Shown: positions 1 to 10,221 of the stretch, piece after piece
Layout of the letters: each line of letters starts with the position of its first letter
How positions within the stretch are numbered: the stretch's first letter is position 1
Assembly (NCBI GenBank): GCA_963737325.1
Contig: CAVTSJ010000014.1
Coordinates: 106,347-170,346 of the forward strand
Reading direction: 5' to 3'
Length of the DNA: 64,000 nt
Source of the DNA: an uncultured Acidobacteriaceae bacterium
Lineage (GTDB): Bacteria; Acidobacteriota; Terriglobia; Terriglobales; Acidobacteriaceae
Notes under the pieces: generated by a model
Databases searched by the model: none
What the model saw: only the letters and a program-made list of their open reading frames with translations
What the model was told of the DNA's origin: nothing
Program-made: the position numbers and the translations under genes

Positions 1-88
1 ATTTGGTCAAAATTACGGTGGCGTAGAAGGCGAAGATTAGGCGCAGCGGAACTTTCCTGCTCCTGGCGCGTACTCTGGAGCAACGGCC

Positions 89-1696
89 ATGACCACTGCG
101 ACCGCACCCACCACAATCATTCGACCCGCTGACCTGACACTGCGCGATGCGCTGAGACTCGCAGCGATCTTCGCTGCGGCGAAACTCCTGCTCCAATTTG
201 CGCTCACGCTGTGGACGCTGCACCTCGGCTACGGCTACTTCCGCGATGAGTTTTACTACATCGCCTGCGGGAGGCATCTGGCCTGGGGCTACGTGGATCA
301 CGGGCCGATTGTGGCACTGCAGGCGCGGCTGAGCGAGCTGCTCTTTGGCGACTCCGTCTTCGGGATACGCGTGCTCTCGGCTCTTGCCGGGGCGATATCC
401 GTATTCCTGACCGGGCTGATCGCGTGGGGGATGGGCGGCCGAAGACCCTCGCAGGCGCTTGCGATGTTTGGGCTGATCCTGTGCCCGCAGTACCTCGCCG
501 TTGACGGGTTCCTCTCGATGAACTCGTACGAGCCGGTGTTCTGGATGGCGTGCGTGCTGGCGATTGTGCTGATGCTGCGCGGCTATTCCGAGCGAACGTG
601 GTGGATCGTCTTCGGCGTGTCCGCGGGCGTTGGCCTGCTAAATAAGCCGTCCATGGCGTTCTTCCTGGTGACGGTTGGGCTGGGGCTGCTGCTGACCAGC
701 GAACGCCGCGTGCTGTTCTCTCGATGGGCGCTCGCGGGGATCGCTCTGCTAATCCTGATCCCGCTGCCTAACCTGCTCTGGCAGATTCATAATCATTGGC
801 CCACGCTGCAGTTCCTGCGCAACGGCCAGCTACATCACAAGAACGTTGTGCTGGGGCCGGTACGCTTTTTCCTAGCGCAGTTTTCCATCCTCGGTCCGCT
901 CAACGCGTTGCTTTGGATTACCGGCATCGTCTCGCTATTGCGCGCGAAGTCAATTCGCGACGGGCGTTGGTTTGGCGTTACGTATCTCCTGTTTTACGCG
1001 CTGATGTTCAAGATGCACGCGAAGGACTACTACCTCGAAGGCATCTACCCGGCACTCTTCGCTGCGGGCGCCATCGCATGGGAGCGGCGGTTTGCCGCGT
1101 CGCGTGCAATGCGGGAGAACCGCGTGGTAGGGTTCCCAGTGTTCGAAGCGGTCCTGTTGATTACGAGCTTGATCATCCTTCCGATGGCTTCGCCCGTGCT
1201 ACGGCCGGCTTCATGGGTGAGGTACACAAAGGCGCTGCATCTCCATGGCGACAAGATGGAGACAGCGGCGACGGGGCCGCTGCCGCAGTTTTATGCGGAC
1301 CGCTTTGGCTGGCAACAGGAAGTCGATATTGTGGATCGCACCTATCGCTCGCTGACGCCCGAGCAACAACAGCATGTGTGCATCTTTGCCAGCAACTACG
1401 GTGAGGCTGGAGCGATTGACTTTCTTGGACGGCTTGAGGGCTTGCATCTGCCGCCGGCTTTGAGCGGTCAGAATAATTATTGGCTTTGGGGTACCCATGG
1501 GTGCGATGTGAACACGGTGATCGCGGTGATTCCAGATACGCCCGGCGAGATTGCGCCGAAGTACGAGTCGGTCACCATCGTGGGCGTCATGGACAAACCG
1601 TATGCGATGCCGTTCGAGCACAAGAACATCTACCTGCTGCGCGGGCGCAGGCCGGGGGCGCCGTTTGACTGGCGCGACGAGCGGTTTTACTTCTAG
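89..1696 (+). CDS. Glycosyltransferase family 39 (ArnT/PMT-like) membrane protein
   Basis: 535 aa polytopic membrane protein with GYFRDEFYY, WGYVDHGP and GLLNKPS segments typical of GT-C ArnT-like proteins. Confidence 0.85.
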   Translation: MTTATAPTTIIRPADLTLRDALRLAAIFAAAKLLLQFALTLWTLHLGYGYFRDEFYYIACGRHLAWGYVDHGPIVALQARLSELLFGDSVFGIRVLSALAGAISVFLTGLIAWGMGGRRPSQALAMFGLILCPQYLAVDGFLSMNSYEPVFWMACVLAIVLMLRGYSERTWWIVFGVSAGVGLLNKPSMAFFLVTVGLGLLLTSERRVLFSRWALAGIALLILIPLPNLLWQIHNHWPTLQFLRNGQLHHKNVVLGPVRFFLAQFSILGPLNALLWITGIVSLLRAKSIRDGRWFGVTYLLFYALMFKMHAKDYYLEGIYPALFAAGAIAWERRFAASRAMRENRVVGFPVFEAVLLITSLIILPMASPVLRPASWVRYTKALHLHGDKMETAATGPLPQFYADRFGWQQEVDIVDRTYRSLTPEQQQHVCIFASNYGEAGAIDFLGRLEGLHLPPALSGQNNYWLWGTHGCDVNTVIAVIPDTPGEIAPKYESVTIVGVMDKPYAMPFEHKNIYLLRGRRPGAPFDWRDERFYF

Positions 1697-1739
1697 CCGC
1701 CGAGGGCGAAAGCGGTGAGGCTCTGATAGTCTCCCTCCA

Positions 1740-3140
1740 ATGGCCTCCGAAGTTGCACAAATACGATCGCACGAGGAACTGCCGCGCGTATTGACGGCGA
1801 CCAACGCGCTGGCGATCGTGGTAGGCATCATCATCGGGTCGGGAATCTTCCTGGTTCCGCGCGAGATGATGGCCGCGGTAGGCAGCTCGCGGATGGTCTA
1901 CGCAGTGTGGATTACCGGCGGATTGCTCTCGCTATTTGGCGCGATGAGCTACGCCGAGGTCGCGGCGATGCGGCCGCGGGTGGGCGGCGAGTATGCGTTT
2001 CTGCACGATGCCTATGGGCCGCTGACAGCGTTTCTGTATACATGGACCTGGACCATGATCGCCAAGCCTGCGTCGATTGCGACGATCGCGGCTGGCCTGA
2101 TGCGGGTGCTGGGAACGTTTCCGATCTTTGCGTTTCTGGATCATGCTGCGGTGGGCCACCTGATGTGGAGCCAGGTGATGGCGATTGTTGCGACGTGGCT
2201 GATCACAGGGTTGAATATTGTGAGCACACGCGATTCGGCGCAGGTACAGACACTGCTTACGTGGCTGAAGGTGGTGATGATTTTGGTCATCGCGGGGCTA
2301 TGTTTTGCGAGCGTGAAGTATGGTGACTGGCATAACTTCAGCTCGGAGTTTCGCGGCGCGCGCGGCGGGTTTGCGGGCTTCATGATTGCGCTGATTGCGG
2401 CGCTGTGGGCCTACGATGGTTGGTCGGACGTGTCGCAGATGGCGGGCGAGGTGCAGAAGCCGCAGCGGTCGCTGCCGGTGGCGCTCATCGGCGGCGTGAC
2501 GATTGTGGGCGCGCTCTACATGCTGACCAACGCGGCGATTCAATACGTGCTTCCCTCGGCTGCGATTGCGGTGACGGACCGGCCGGCTACCGACGCGCTG
2601 CAACTGGTCGCGGGAAATCTTGGGGCTGGGTTAGTAGCTGTGGGTATGGCGGTGAGCATCTGCGCGACGTTTGTGGGCAGCTCGCTCTCGGGTGCGAGAG
2701 TCCCGTTTGCTGCGGCCCGCGACCGGCTGTTTCCGTCCGTGCTGGGGCAGATTCATCCGCGCTTCAAGACGCCGTGGGTGAGCCTGCTGCTGCAGGCGGT
2801 GCTCAGTTCCCTGCTGCTGCTGGCGATCGGAAAATTCCAGGCGCTGTTCTCGCTGGCGATCTTCTCAGAGTGGCTGTTCTACGCACTTACGGCCGCAACG
2901 GTGTTCGTGTTTCGCGTCCGCGAGCCAAATGCGAACCGGCCCTATCGCGTGACGGGATATCCTGTGGTTCCAGCGCTCTTTATTTTGGCCGCGTTGGTAC
3001 TGCTGGTTTTCAGCTTCATGGATCGGCCGCGCGAGTCAACTGCGGGCGCGTTGATAATTCTTTGTGGCGTGCCGGTGCATTATCTTTTTCAGCGGAGCAA
3101 GGCTCCGGGCACGAAGGCCTCTGATTATGTCCAGCAATAA
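1740..3140 (+). CDS. APC-family amino acid permease
   Basis: GIIIGSGIF, GGEY and WAYDGW motifs; about 12 hydrophobic segments. Confidence 0.92.
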   Translation: MASEVAQIRSHEELPRVLTATNALAIVVGIIIGSGIFLVPREMMAAVGSSRMVYAVWITGGLLSLFGAMSYAEVAAMRPRVGGEYAFLHDAYGPLTAFLYTWTWTMIAKPASIATIAAGLMRVLGTFPIFAFLDHAAVGHLMWSQVMAIVATWLITGLNIVSTRDSAQVQTLLTWLKVVMILVIAGLCFASVKYGDWHNFSSEFRGARGGFAGFMIALIAALWAYDGWSDVSQMAGEVQKPQRSLPVALIGGVTIVGALYMLTNAAIQYVLPSAAIAVTDRPATDALQLVAGNLGAGLVAVGMAVSICATFVGSSLSGARVPFAAARDRLFPSVLGQIHPRFKTPWVSLLLQAVLSSLLLLAIGKFQALFSLAIFSEWLFYALTAATVFVFRVREPNANRPYRVTGYPVVPALFILAALVLLVFSFMDRPRESTAGALIILCGVPVHYLFQRSKAPGTKASDYVQQ

Positions 3141-3942
3141 GAAACCGAAGCTGGGCCAGAATTTTCTGGTGGACGAGAACGCGTGCCTGCAGATCGCCGA
3201 CGCGCTGGGCGATGTGCGCGAGCGGACCGTGGTGGAGATCGGGCCTGGCCATGGGGCGATCACGGAGCTGCTGGCGGTGCGTTGCCGCCGGTTCCACTGT
3301 ATTGAGTTCGACCCAGCGCTGGCGCGGGAGTTGACCTTCCGGTTTCGCAATGACGCGCACGTGACGATTCATCATGCGGACATTCTGTCGACGGACTTGA
3401 AAACGTTGCTGGGAGATGCAGCGTCGCTGGATGTGGTGGGAAATCTCCCGTACTACATCACGTCAGATATTTTGCTGCACCTGTTTGGCGCGGCGCGTGC
3501 GGGCGTGTTGGCGCGTGCGGTGGTGATGATGCAGCGCGAGGTGGCAGAGAGAATCGCTGCGGGTCCAGGATCGAGCGACTACGGGGCTCTGTCCGCGGTG
3601 ACGCAGATGCATGCGCGGGTGACCAGCCTGTTTACGCTGCCGCCGAGCGCGTTTTCGCCGCCGCCGGACGTGTTCTCGACCGTATTGCGGCTCGAATTTG
3701 CTCCACGCTTTGCGGAGTTGGATGTTCCATTCGACGGGTTCAACCGCTTTCTGCGGGCAAGTTTTGCGCAGAAGCGGAAGACGCTCGCAAATAACCTCCG
3801 CGCGGCGGGATATTCTCCTTCAGAGCTTACGGCCGCGTGGCCGGCCGCTATTCCGCTGCAGGCGCGGTCGGAGGCGGTATCGCTGGAGGCGATGGCGGCG
3901 CTGTATCGGGCATTAATCGCCGCAAAGACGGCTGACGAGTAA
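3127..3942 (+). CDS. rsmA: 16S rRNA m6,2A1518/1519 dimethyltransferase
   Basis: KLGQNFL, VEIGPGHG, VGNLPYYITS, FAQKRKTL motifs. Start placed at ATG 3127, overlapping the permease stop. Confidence 0.95.
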   Translation: MSSNKKPKLGQNFLVDENACLQIADALGDVRERTVVEIGPGHGAITELLAVRCRRFHCIEFDPALARELTFRFRNDAHVTIHHADILSTDLKTLLGDAASLDVVGNLPYYITSDILLHLFGAARAGVLARAVVMMQREVAERIAAGPGSSDYGALSAVTQMHARVTSLFTLPPSAFSPPPDVFSTVLRLEFAPRFAELDVPFDGFNRFLRASFAQKRKTLANNLRAAGYSPSELTAAWPAAIPLQARSEAVSLEAMAALYRALIAAKTADE

Positions 3943-3948
3943 GCACAG

Positions 3949-4452
3949 CTAGCGGCGCATATGCTCCGCGGTCTGCGCGTGGTGGATGTGGCAGATCGCG
4001 ATGGCGAGCGCGTCGGCGGCGTCCGCGGGCTTGGGCGCTTCGTCCAGATCGAGCAGCCGCGCGACCATGAACTGCACCTGCTCCTTGGCTGCGAGGCCGT
4101 AGCCGACGACCGAGCTCTTGATGGTGAGCGGAGCGTATTCGGCAACCGAGAGCCCGCAGTTGGCCGCGGCCAGCATGGCGACGCCGCGCACCTGGCCGAG
4201 CTTGAGTGCGCTCTTGGCGTTGGCCGAAAAGAAGACCTCTTCGATGGCAACGACCTGAGGCTGCCACAGTTGCAGCAGCGCGGAGAGTTCGACGTAGACC
4301 TGCAGCAGGCGAACGGGCGCGCGGTCCTTCTTGTTCAGGCGAACGGCGCCGGCGCACAATGGACGCAGCTTCGGAACGCGTGAGGTGTCGTCAACCTCCA
4401 CCACACCGTAGCCCGTGAACTCCGTTCCGCAGTCGATGCCGAAGACCCGCAT
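3949..4452 (-). CDS. ruvC: Holliday junction resolvase RuvC
   Basis: MRVFGIDCG, VAIEEVF, GYGLAAKEQV, DAADALAIAICH. Start placed at 4452 rather than the longer ORF start. Confidence 0.95.
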   Translation of the reverse strand: MRVFGIDCGTEFTGYGVVEVDDTSRVPKLRPLCAGAVRLNKKDRAPVRLLQVYVELSALLQLWQPQVVAIEEVFFSANAKSALKLGQVRGVAMLAAANCGLSVAEYAPLTIKSSVVGYGLAAKEQVQFMVARLLDLDEAPKPADAADALAIAICHIHHAQTAEHMRR

Positions 4453-4641
4453 ACCCACAAGTCTACCGCGCAGCCAGCCTGTGAAAGCAGTAAGGGCGCA
4501 AGGCGCATCTAACTCGCAAAGCGGCTCAGCCCAAAGCCATGAATTGGAATGAGACTCGCAACCGGACGGCGCGACCGATACAATCGACGCGACGCAACAA
4601 GTGAACGTCGCACGTAATCTCTCAAAGGCCCCCGACCCCTC

Positions 4642-5508
4642 TTGAACGCTCTCCGACATTCTGCCACTGCCGGCTTGCTTGTCCTGATGACGCTGACGGG
4701 GCGCGCGCAGGTTGCGCAACAGGCGAGGCCGCCGGCGCGGCAGCCGGCGCCAGCTCGGCCAGCGACAGTGCCAGCACGGCACTCTGCGCCCACTTCCCCA
4801 TCCGTACCGCCGCCCATCCCGATCAACCGCAACGTGATCGTGATCGATCCGGCACATGGGGGCGTGGACAGCGGCTCGCAGATCAGCGACACGACGGTAG
4901 AAAAAAATGTAACGCTGGCGCTGGCGTTCCGGCTCCGATCATTGCTCACGGCGCGTGGATTCAACGTAGTGATGACGCGGGATGAGGACGCGCCGGCGGT
5001 TCCAAGCGCGTCGGGCTCTGCGCTGACGCTGGATGATCGCGCAGGGATCGCAAACCACGCGCACGCGGCGGCGTGTCTGGTGCTGCACGCAACGGCCAGC
5101 GGGAGCGGTGTGCATCTCTATCGGTCAGAATTGCAGGCAAGCAAGGGACAACCCTCACTCGTGCCCTGGCTGACCGCGCAGGCCGCGTGGATTCCGCAGA
5201 GTCGACTGCTGGAGAGCCAGATGGCCACCGCGTTCTCGCGTTCAGGACTAGCGCTGGTAGAAAGCAGCGCATCGGTGCGGCCGATCGATTCGCTGACCTG
5301 TCCCGCACTCGTCGTCGAGCTCGCGCCCTCGGGAGACGATGCCGACAGCATCAATGACACGGACTATCAGCAGCGAGTAGCGCTGGCGATTGCCGGCGAG
5401 CTCCTGTTCTGGCAAAACGCGGTGCAGCCGCCTACCCGCCTCGCTCCGCCTGTGAGCACAACCGTCGGCCAGTCGATGCCGAGCGACGCCGGAGGGGCAC
5501 AGCGATGA
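4642..5508 (+). CDS. N-acetylmuramoyl-L-alanine amidase (Amidase_3) with signal peptide and Pro-rich linker
   Basis: VIDPAHGGVDSG, EKNVTL, LHAT and VVEL carry the H/E/H/E zinc-amidase pattern. Confidence 0.85.
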   Translation: MNALRHSATAGLLVLMTLTGRAQVAQQARPPARQPAPARPATVPARHSAPTSPSVPPPIPINRNVIVIDPAHGGVDSGSQISDTTVEKNVTLALAFRLRSLLTARGFNVVMTRDEDAPAVPSASGSALTLDDRAGIANHAHAAACLVLHATASGSGVHLYRSELQASKGQPSLVPWLTAQAAWIPQSRLLESQMATAFSRSGLALVESSASVRPIDSLTCPALVVELAPSGDDADSINDTDYQQRVALAIAGELLFWQNAVQPPTRLAPPVSTTVGQSMPSDAGGAQR

Positions 5509-6227
5509 TCCAACGCCATCAACGCATCGTGTTCTGGTGTCTGATCGTCTGCATCATCGGCATGGGTGTGCTGCTGGCGGTGGAGCGGCAGCGCGGACGC
5601 GAGCGCATTGAGGCACTCGCCGCCGACGATGAGACACCCCTGGATGCGCCGACGGCGATGGCCGAGACCGTAACCCTGGATCTTGCGAATGATGCGGACG
5701 GATCCATCGCGCCGGCCACACGCCAGATCGCCTTGCCGCAGGACCCCAATGCGCGGGCGCGGGCATTGATCGATCACCTGATCGCGGAGTATGCGCTGCC
5801 GGGTTCCGCGCATGCCCTGCCACCGGGCGCGGCGGTAGCGGAGGTGTTCCTGGTGCCGCTGCCGTTGGTGGGCTACACAACCGACACAACCTCGACGGCG
5901 ACCAAAGACGGCGGATTTCGCCCCACGGTGCCGGTGGCGGAGGCTGATTCTGTGCAGGCCAAGCAGCTGGGTGGCGAGCTCGCCGTGATCGATCTGCACA
6001 GCACGTTTGTCAATCAGCACCCATCCGGCGTGGAGGTGGAATCGCTGACGCTGCGCTCGATCCTGGGAACGCTGCACGCCAATCTGCCGCAGATTGAGCA
6101 AGTGCGTTTCCTCGTGGACGGACAGGCGCGCGAGACCCTCGCCGGGCATGCCGACCTGCTGCGGATGTATCCTGCCACGGATACGACCACGAGCGGAAAT
6201 GCCGCAAATGGCGGACAATCAAACTGA
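5505..6227 (+). CDS. GerMN-domain membrane-anchored protein
   Basis: N-terminal TM helix; C-terminal E-L--SIL-TL-ANLPQIEQVRFLVDG---TLAGH pattern typical of GerMN. Confidence 0.8.
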   Translation: MIQRHQRIVFWCLIVCIIGMGVLLAVERQRGRERIEALAADDETPLDAPTAMAETVTLDLANDADGSIAPATRQIALPQDPNARARALIDHLIAEYALPGSAHALPPGAAVAEVFLVPLPLVGYTTDTTSTATKDGGFRPTVPVAEADSVQAKQLGGELAVIDLHSTFVNQHPSGVEVESLTLRSILGTLHANLPQIEQVRFLVDGQARETLAGHADLLRMYPATDTTTSGNAANGGQSN

Positions 6228-7079
6228 ATGAACTCTGCTGGCGGTAAACAACAAGGTGCGCAGACGACCGCGAATGCTGGTCCGGTAGTGGGAGTCTTCG
6301 ACTCCGGTTTTGGCGGCCTGACAGTATTGCGCGCCCTCCTGTCGAAGATCCCTTCGGCCAATTACATCTACCTCGGCGACACGGCGCGGCTGCCCTACGG
6401 GGCGAAGTCGCAAGCGACGATTGCGAGGTATGCGGTGGAGAGTGCGCGCTTTTTGGAGCAGCGTGGCTGCGAGTACCTGGTGATCGCCTGCAACACCGCG
6501 ACCGCGCTGGCGCTCGAAGATATTCGCCGCGCGGTGCGTGTGCCAGTGCTCGGCGTGATTGAGCCCGGGGCCCATGCCGCCAGGCGCGCTGCCGGGCAAG
6601 ATGCCGAGGTGCTGGTGTTGGCAACCGCGGCGACCGTGCAGTCACACGCCTACCATGCGGCCTGTAAGGCGATTGGGTTACGCGCGGTGGAAGTAGCCTG
6701 CCCGCTGCTGGTGCCGCTGGTGGAGGAAGGCTGGACGGATCACCAGGTTACGCGCGAGGTTCTGCGCATCTATCTCTCCGAAGCCCTTACGACGTGCAAG
6801 CCGGAGGCCGTGCTGCTCGGCTGCACTCACTACCCCCTGATCGCGGGTGAGATCGAAAAGACACTTCGGGAGCTGGGATCGGATGCGGTGGTGATCGATT
6901 CGGCCGAGGCAACGGCGGACGCTGCCGCGCTGGGCGTGGGTATCGAGGCGGGCGGAGTGGAAAACGCAGCAAGCTTCCAGTGCTATGCCACCGATTCCGT
7001 AGAGAAATTTCAACGGCTTGGCAGCCTCTTCCTGCGTCAGCCGATCGCGCACGTGCATCATCTCGACCTGGGCGGATAA
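6228..7079 (+). CDS. murI: Glutamate racemase
   Basis: VFDSGFGGLTV, GDTARLPYG, IACNTAT, LGCTHYP motifs. Confidence 0.96.
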   Translation: MNSAGGKQQGAQTTANAGPVVGVFDSGFGGLTVLRALLSKIPSANYIYLGDTARLPYGAKSQATIARYAVESARFLEQRGCEYLVIACNTATALALEDIRRAVRVPVLGVIEPGAHAARRAAGQDAEVLVLATAATVQSHAYHAACKAIGLRAVEVACPLLVPLVEEGWTDHQVTREVLRIYLSEALTTCKPEAVLLGCTHYPLIAGEIEKTLRELGSDAVVIDSAEATADAAALGVGIEAGGVENAASFQCYATDSVEKFQRLGSLFLRQPIAHVHHLDLGG

Positions 7080-7092
7080 ACTGGTTGGCGTG

Positions 7093-7479
7093 ATGCACTA
7101 TCTTCTGAAATCTGAACCTGACAAATATTCCTTTGACGACCTGCTGCGCGATGGCGAGACCCAGTGGGACGGAATCAAAAACCCGCAGGCGCTGATCACG
7201 CTGCGCAACATGAAGCCTGGCGAACAGTGCGTGATCTACCACTCCAACGTGGGCAAAGCCGCCGTCGGAACGGCCAAGGTAGTCTCCGTCACCACCGATC
7301 CTGACGACCCGAAGACGCCCATCGTGCGGCTGAAGGCGGGCAAACGCCTGAAGCGCGAAAAGCCCTTGACCGAGATCCGCCATGCGGGCGTCTTTCTGGG
7401 CTCGGTACTCTTCCGACAGTTTCGCTTGTCCGTCGTACCGTTATCGGAGGAACAATTCGACTGGCTGGTTCACGGCTGA
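7093..7479 (+). CDS. EVE-domain protein
   Basis: YLLKSEP, WDGIKN, MKPGE--IYHS, RLSVVP pattern of EVE/PUA-like domains. Confidence 0.88.
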   Translation: MHYLLKSEPDKYSFDDLLRDGETQWDGIKNPQALITLRNMKPGEQCVIYHSNVGKAAVGTAKVVSVTTDPDDPKTPIVRLKAGKRLKREKPLTEIRHAGVFLGSVLFRQFRLSVVPLSEEQFDWLVHG

Positions 7480-7566
7480 GGGGGGTCTCCACAGCCAGAG
7501 TTCACCTCAAACTGCTATCCTTAGCGTCGGTTCGTTAGATTTACCAGGCACGCAGGAGTTTTCAGC

Positions 7567-8343
7567 ATGATCGATATGAAGGGCAAAGTGGCCGTGGTGT
7601 TTGGCCTCGCCAACAAGCGCAGCATCGCGTATGCCATCGCAGAAAAGCTGTCCGAGGCGGGTGCGACCCTGGTGCTGTGCTACCAGAGCGAGCGGTTGCG
7701 CGAAGAGTCAGAAGAGCTGATCGAAGCCCTTGGCCAAGAAGGCACCGCGCGCGCAATCCAGTGCGACGTCTCCGTCGACGAGCAGATTGACGCTGCCTTC
7801 GCGCAGATCGCTGAAGCGTTTCCCATCATCCACACGGTAGTGCATTCGGTAGCCTTCGCGCCGCAAGACGCGCTGAAGAACGATTTCCTGTTGACCAAGC
7901 GCGAAGAGTTCCGCATCGCGCACGACGTCAGCGTCTACTCCCTGATTGCCATCGCACGCGCGGCCGCTCCGCTGATGACCGAGGGCGGATCGATCATCAC
8001 CCTGACCTACTACGGCAGCACCAAGGTCTTCCCGAACTACAACGTGATGGGCGTTGCCAAGGCGGCGCTCGAGGCGACCGTGCGGTACCTAGCGGCGTCG
8101 CTCGGCGCCAAGGGGATTCGCGTGAATGCGATCTCGGCGGGGCCCATCAAAACCCTCGCCGCCCGCGGTGTCAGCGACTTCGCGACGATCCTGGATGCCG
8201 TCACCGCACGCGCCCCGCTGCATAGGAACATCGAGCAGGTGGAGGTTGGCAAGGTAGCGCTGTTCCTTGCCAGTGACCTCGCCAGCGGCATGACCGGCGG
8301 CGTCACGTTCGTCGACTGCGGATTCAGCATCACTGGAATCTAA
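7567..8343 (+). CDS. fabI: Enoyl-ACP reductase
   Basis: GLANKRSIAYAI, HSVAFAP, YNVMGVAKAALE, ISAGPIKTLAA. Confidence 0.95.
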   Translation: MIDMKGKVAVVFGLANKRSIAYAIAEKLSEAGATLVLCYQSERLREESEELIEALGQEGTARAIQCDVSVDEQIDAAFAQIAEAFPIIHTVVHSVAFAPQDALKNDFLLTKREEFRIAHDVSVYSLIAIARAAAPLMTEGGSIITLTYYGSTKVFPNYNVMGVAKAALEATVRYLAASLGAKGIRVNAISAGPIKTLAARGVSDFATILDAVTARAPLHRNIEQVEVGKVALFLASDLASGMTGGVTFVDCGFSITGI

Positions 8344-8382
8344 CGTACGAAAATCTAACGCACGATTCGAAGGAGATCAGAC

Positions 8383-8895
8383 ATGACCGCCGCTGAATTA
8401 CTGCTCGAAGACTTTGACGTTGAAATCTCCAACACCCGCCGCACTCTGGAGCGTGTGCCCAACGACAAGCCAGACTGGGTGCCGCACGATAAGTCGATGA
8501 AGCTGGGCAAGCTGGCCATGCACTGCGCCACCATGCCGCTGTTCGGCTATTACATTCTCGAAGACGATGGCATGGACATGGCAAACTCCAAGCGCCCGCA
8601 AGCCTCGCTGGCCTGGGAATCGCGCGAGCTTTGCCTGGAGCGTCTTGACGAATCTGCCGCGAAGTGTCGCGCCGCCCTCGCCGCTTCCAGCGACGAAGAC
8701 CTCGCCAAGCTCTGGCCCTTCTCCTTTGGCGAGCACATGATCTCCAATGCGACGCGCTCCAAGACCTACCGCCTGATGTTCTTCAATCACCTGATCCATC
8801 ACACGGCGCAGCTCGGAGTCTATCTGCGATTGAATGACCTTCCTGTCCCGGCGCTGTATGGGCCGTCCGCGGACGAACAGTGGGCGATGAAGTAA
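8383..8895 (+). CDS. DinB/YfiT-superfamily protein
   Basis: 170 aa helical protein with LAMH and NHLIHHTAQLGVYLR His motifs and PALYGPSAD tail. Confidence 0.85.
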   Translation: MTAAELLLEDFDVEISNTRRTLERVPNDKPDWVPHDKSMKLGKLAMHCATMPLFGYYILEDDGMDMANSKRPQASLAWESRELCLERLDESAAKCRAALAASSDEDLAKLWPFSFGEHMISNATRSKTYRLMFFNHLIHHTAQLGVYLRLNDLPVPALYGPSADEQWAMK

Positions 8896-8947
8896 CTGGA
8901 GCGCTGCGCCTGACCTTCACAGCAGATTGCAGTATTCTTCTTGCACC

Positions 8948-10219
8948 ATGAGACTTTCGATTCTGGCCTTCGCTCTAGCGGGGTGCGCGGCCGCCACGGC
9001 GCAGCAGCCCGAAACCCACATCACCGTTCTCCACGCGGCGCGCATCCTCGATGTCGCCGCCGGGAAAGTGCTTTCGCCGGGCGAAGTTCTCGTCGAGGGC
9101 GAGCGCATTCGCGAGGCCGGGACGCACGTCTCGCGGCCGGCTGGCGCGGTCGTGATTGACCTCGGCGATACGACGCTGATGCCTGGCCTCATCGACGCGC
9201 ACACGCATCTCTTCCTCCACCCCGGCAACGAAGGCCTGCAGACGGTCGAAGAGTCGGTGCCGGAGCGCACGCTGCAGGCAGCAGCCGCCGCCAGGGCCGA
9301 TGTGATGGCCGGCTTTACCGCTGAGCGCGACATGGGCACCGAGGGCGCCAAATGCGCCGACGTCGCCGTACGCAATGCCATCAACAAAGGCCTGATTCCG
9401 GGCCCGCGCATGCGCGTTTCCTGCAATGCCATCGACATCCTGGGGGGGCATGAAGACGCGATCGGGTTCAACCCTGCACAGCATGTGCTCTCGAACGCTG
9501 ACTATGCGAACACTGCCGACCAGATCATCGCGGTGATGCGTGAGCAGCGCAAAGAGGGGGCGGACTTCACCAAGATCTACGAGACCGGGCGAGACCATCT
9601 CGAAGGCGATACCTTCACAACGCCGTACCAGTACACCGAAGCGCAGCTTGCCGCTGCGGTCGCGGAGGCTGATCGCACCGGCTCGTTTGTGGGGGTGCAC
9701 TGCACGGGCGAGCCGGGAGCTTCGTATGCGGCTGAGGCTGGTGTGGCCAGCATCGACCACGCCTACCACCTCTCGCCTGCGACGATGAAAATGATGCACG
9801 ACAAGCAGATCTACGCTGTGCCGACCTTCGCCGTGGTCGAATACTTCGCCGACCACCCGCAGCACGGTGACGGCTCAGACGACCGCCGCGAGCTCGCGTA
9901 CCATGCTGCGCAGTTCAAGCTGCAGATGGCTGCGGGCGTGCCGTTTGCCGTGGGGTCCGACGTTGGCCCCTTCCCGCACGGAACGCAGGCGCATGAGTTC
10001 GAGTTAATGGTGAAGTTCGGTATGCCGCCCGCCGATGTGCTGCGCGCGGACCTGATCAACGGCGCACGGCTGCTCCGCTGGGCCGACGAGATTGGCCAGC
10101 TGAAGCCGGGTTTTTATGCGGATGTGATCGCGGTTCCAGGCAATCCGCTGGACGACATCAGCGTGCTCAAGAACCCGGTCTTCGTGATGAAGAACGGCGA
10201 AGTCCTTCGCAAGCCGTAA
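8948..10219 (+). CDS. Secreted metal-dependent amidohydrolase (Xaa-Pro dipeptidase-like)
   Basis: Signal peptide, MPGLIDAHTHL, KIY, VHC, IDH, GSDVG, ADVIAVPGNPL. Confidence 0.9.
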   Translation: MRLSILAFALAGCAAATAQQPETHITVLHAARILDVAAGKVLSPGEVLVEGERIREAGTHVSRPAGAVVIDLGDTTLMPGLIDAHTHLFLHPGNEGLQTVEESVPERTLQAAAAARADVMAGFTAERDMGTEGAKCADVAVRNAINKGLIPGPRMRVSCNAIDILGGHEDAIGFNPAQHVLSNADYANTADQIIAVMREQRKEGADFTKIYETGRDHLEGDTFTTPYQYTEAQLAAAVAEADRTGSFVGVHCTGEPGASYAAEAGVASIDHAYHLSPATMKMMHDKQIYAVPTFAVVEYFADHPQHGDGSDDRRELAYHAAQFKLQMAAGVPFAVGSDVGPFPHGTQAHEFELMVKFGMPPADVLRADLINGARLLRWADEIGQLKPGFYADVIAVPGNPLDDISVLKNPVFVMKNGEVLRKP

Positions 10220-10221
10220 AC

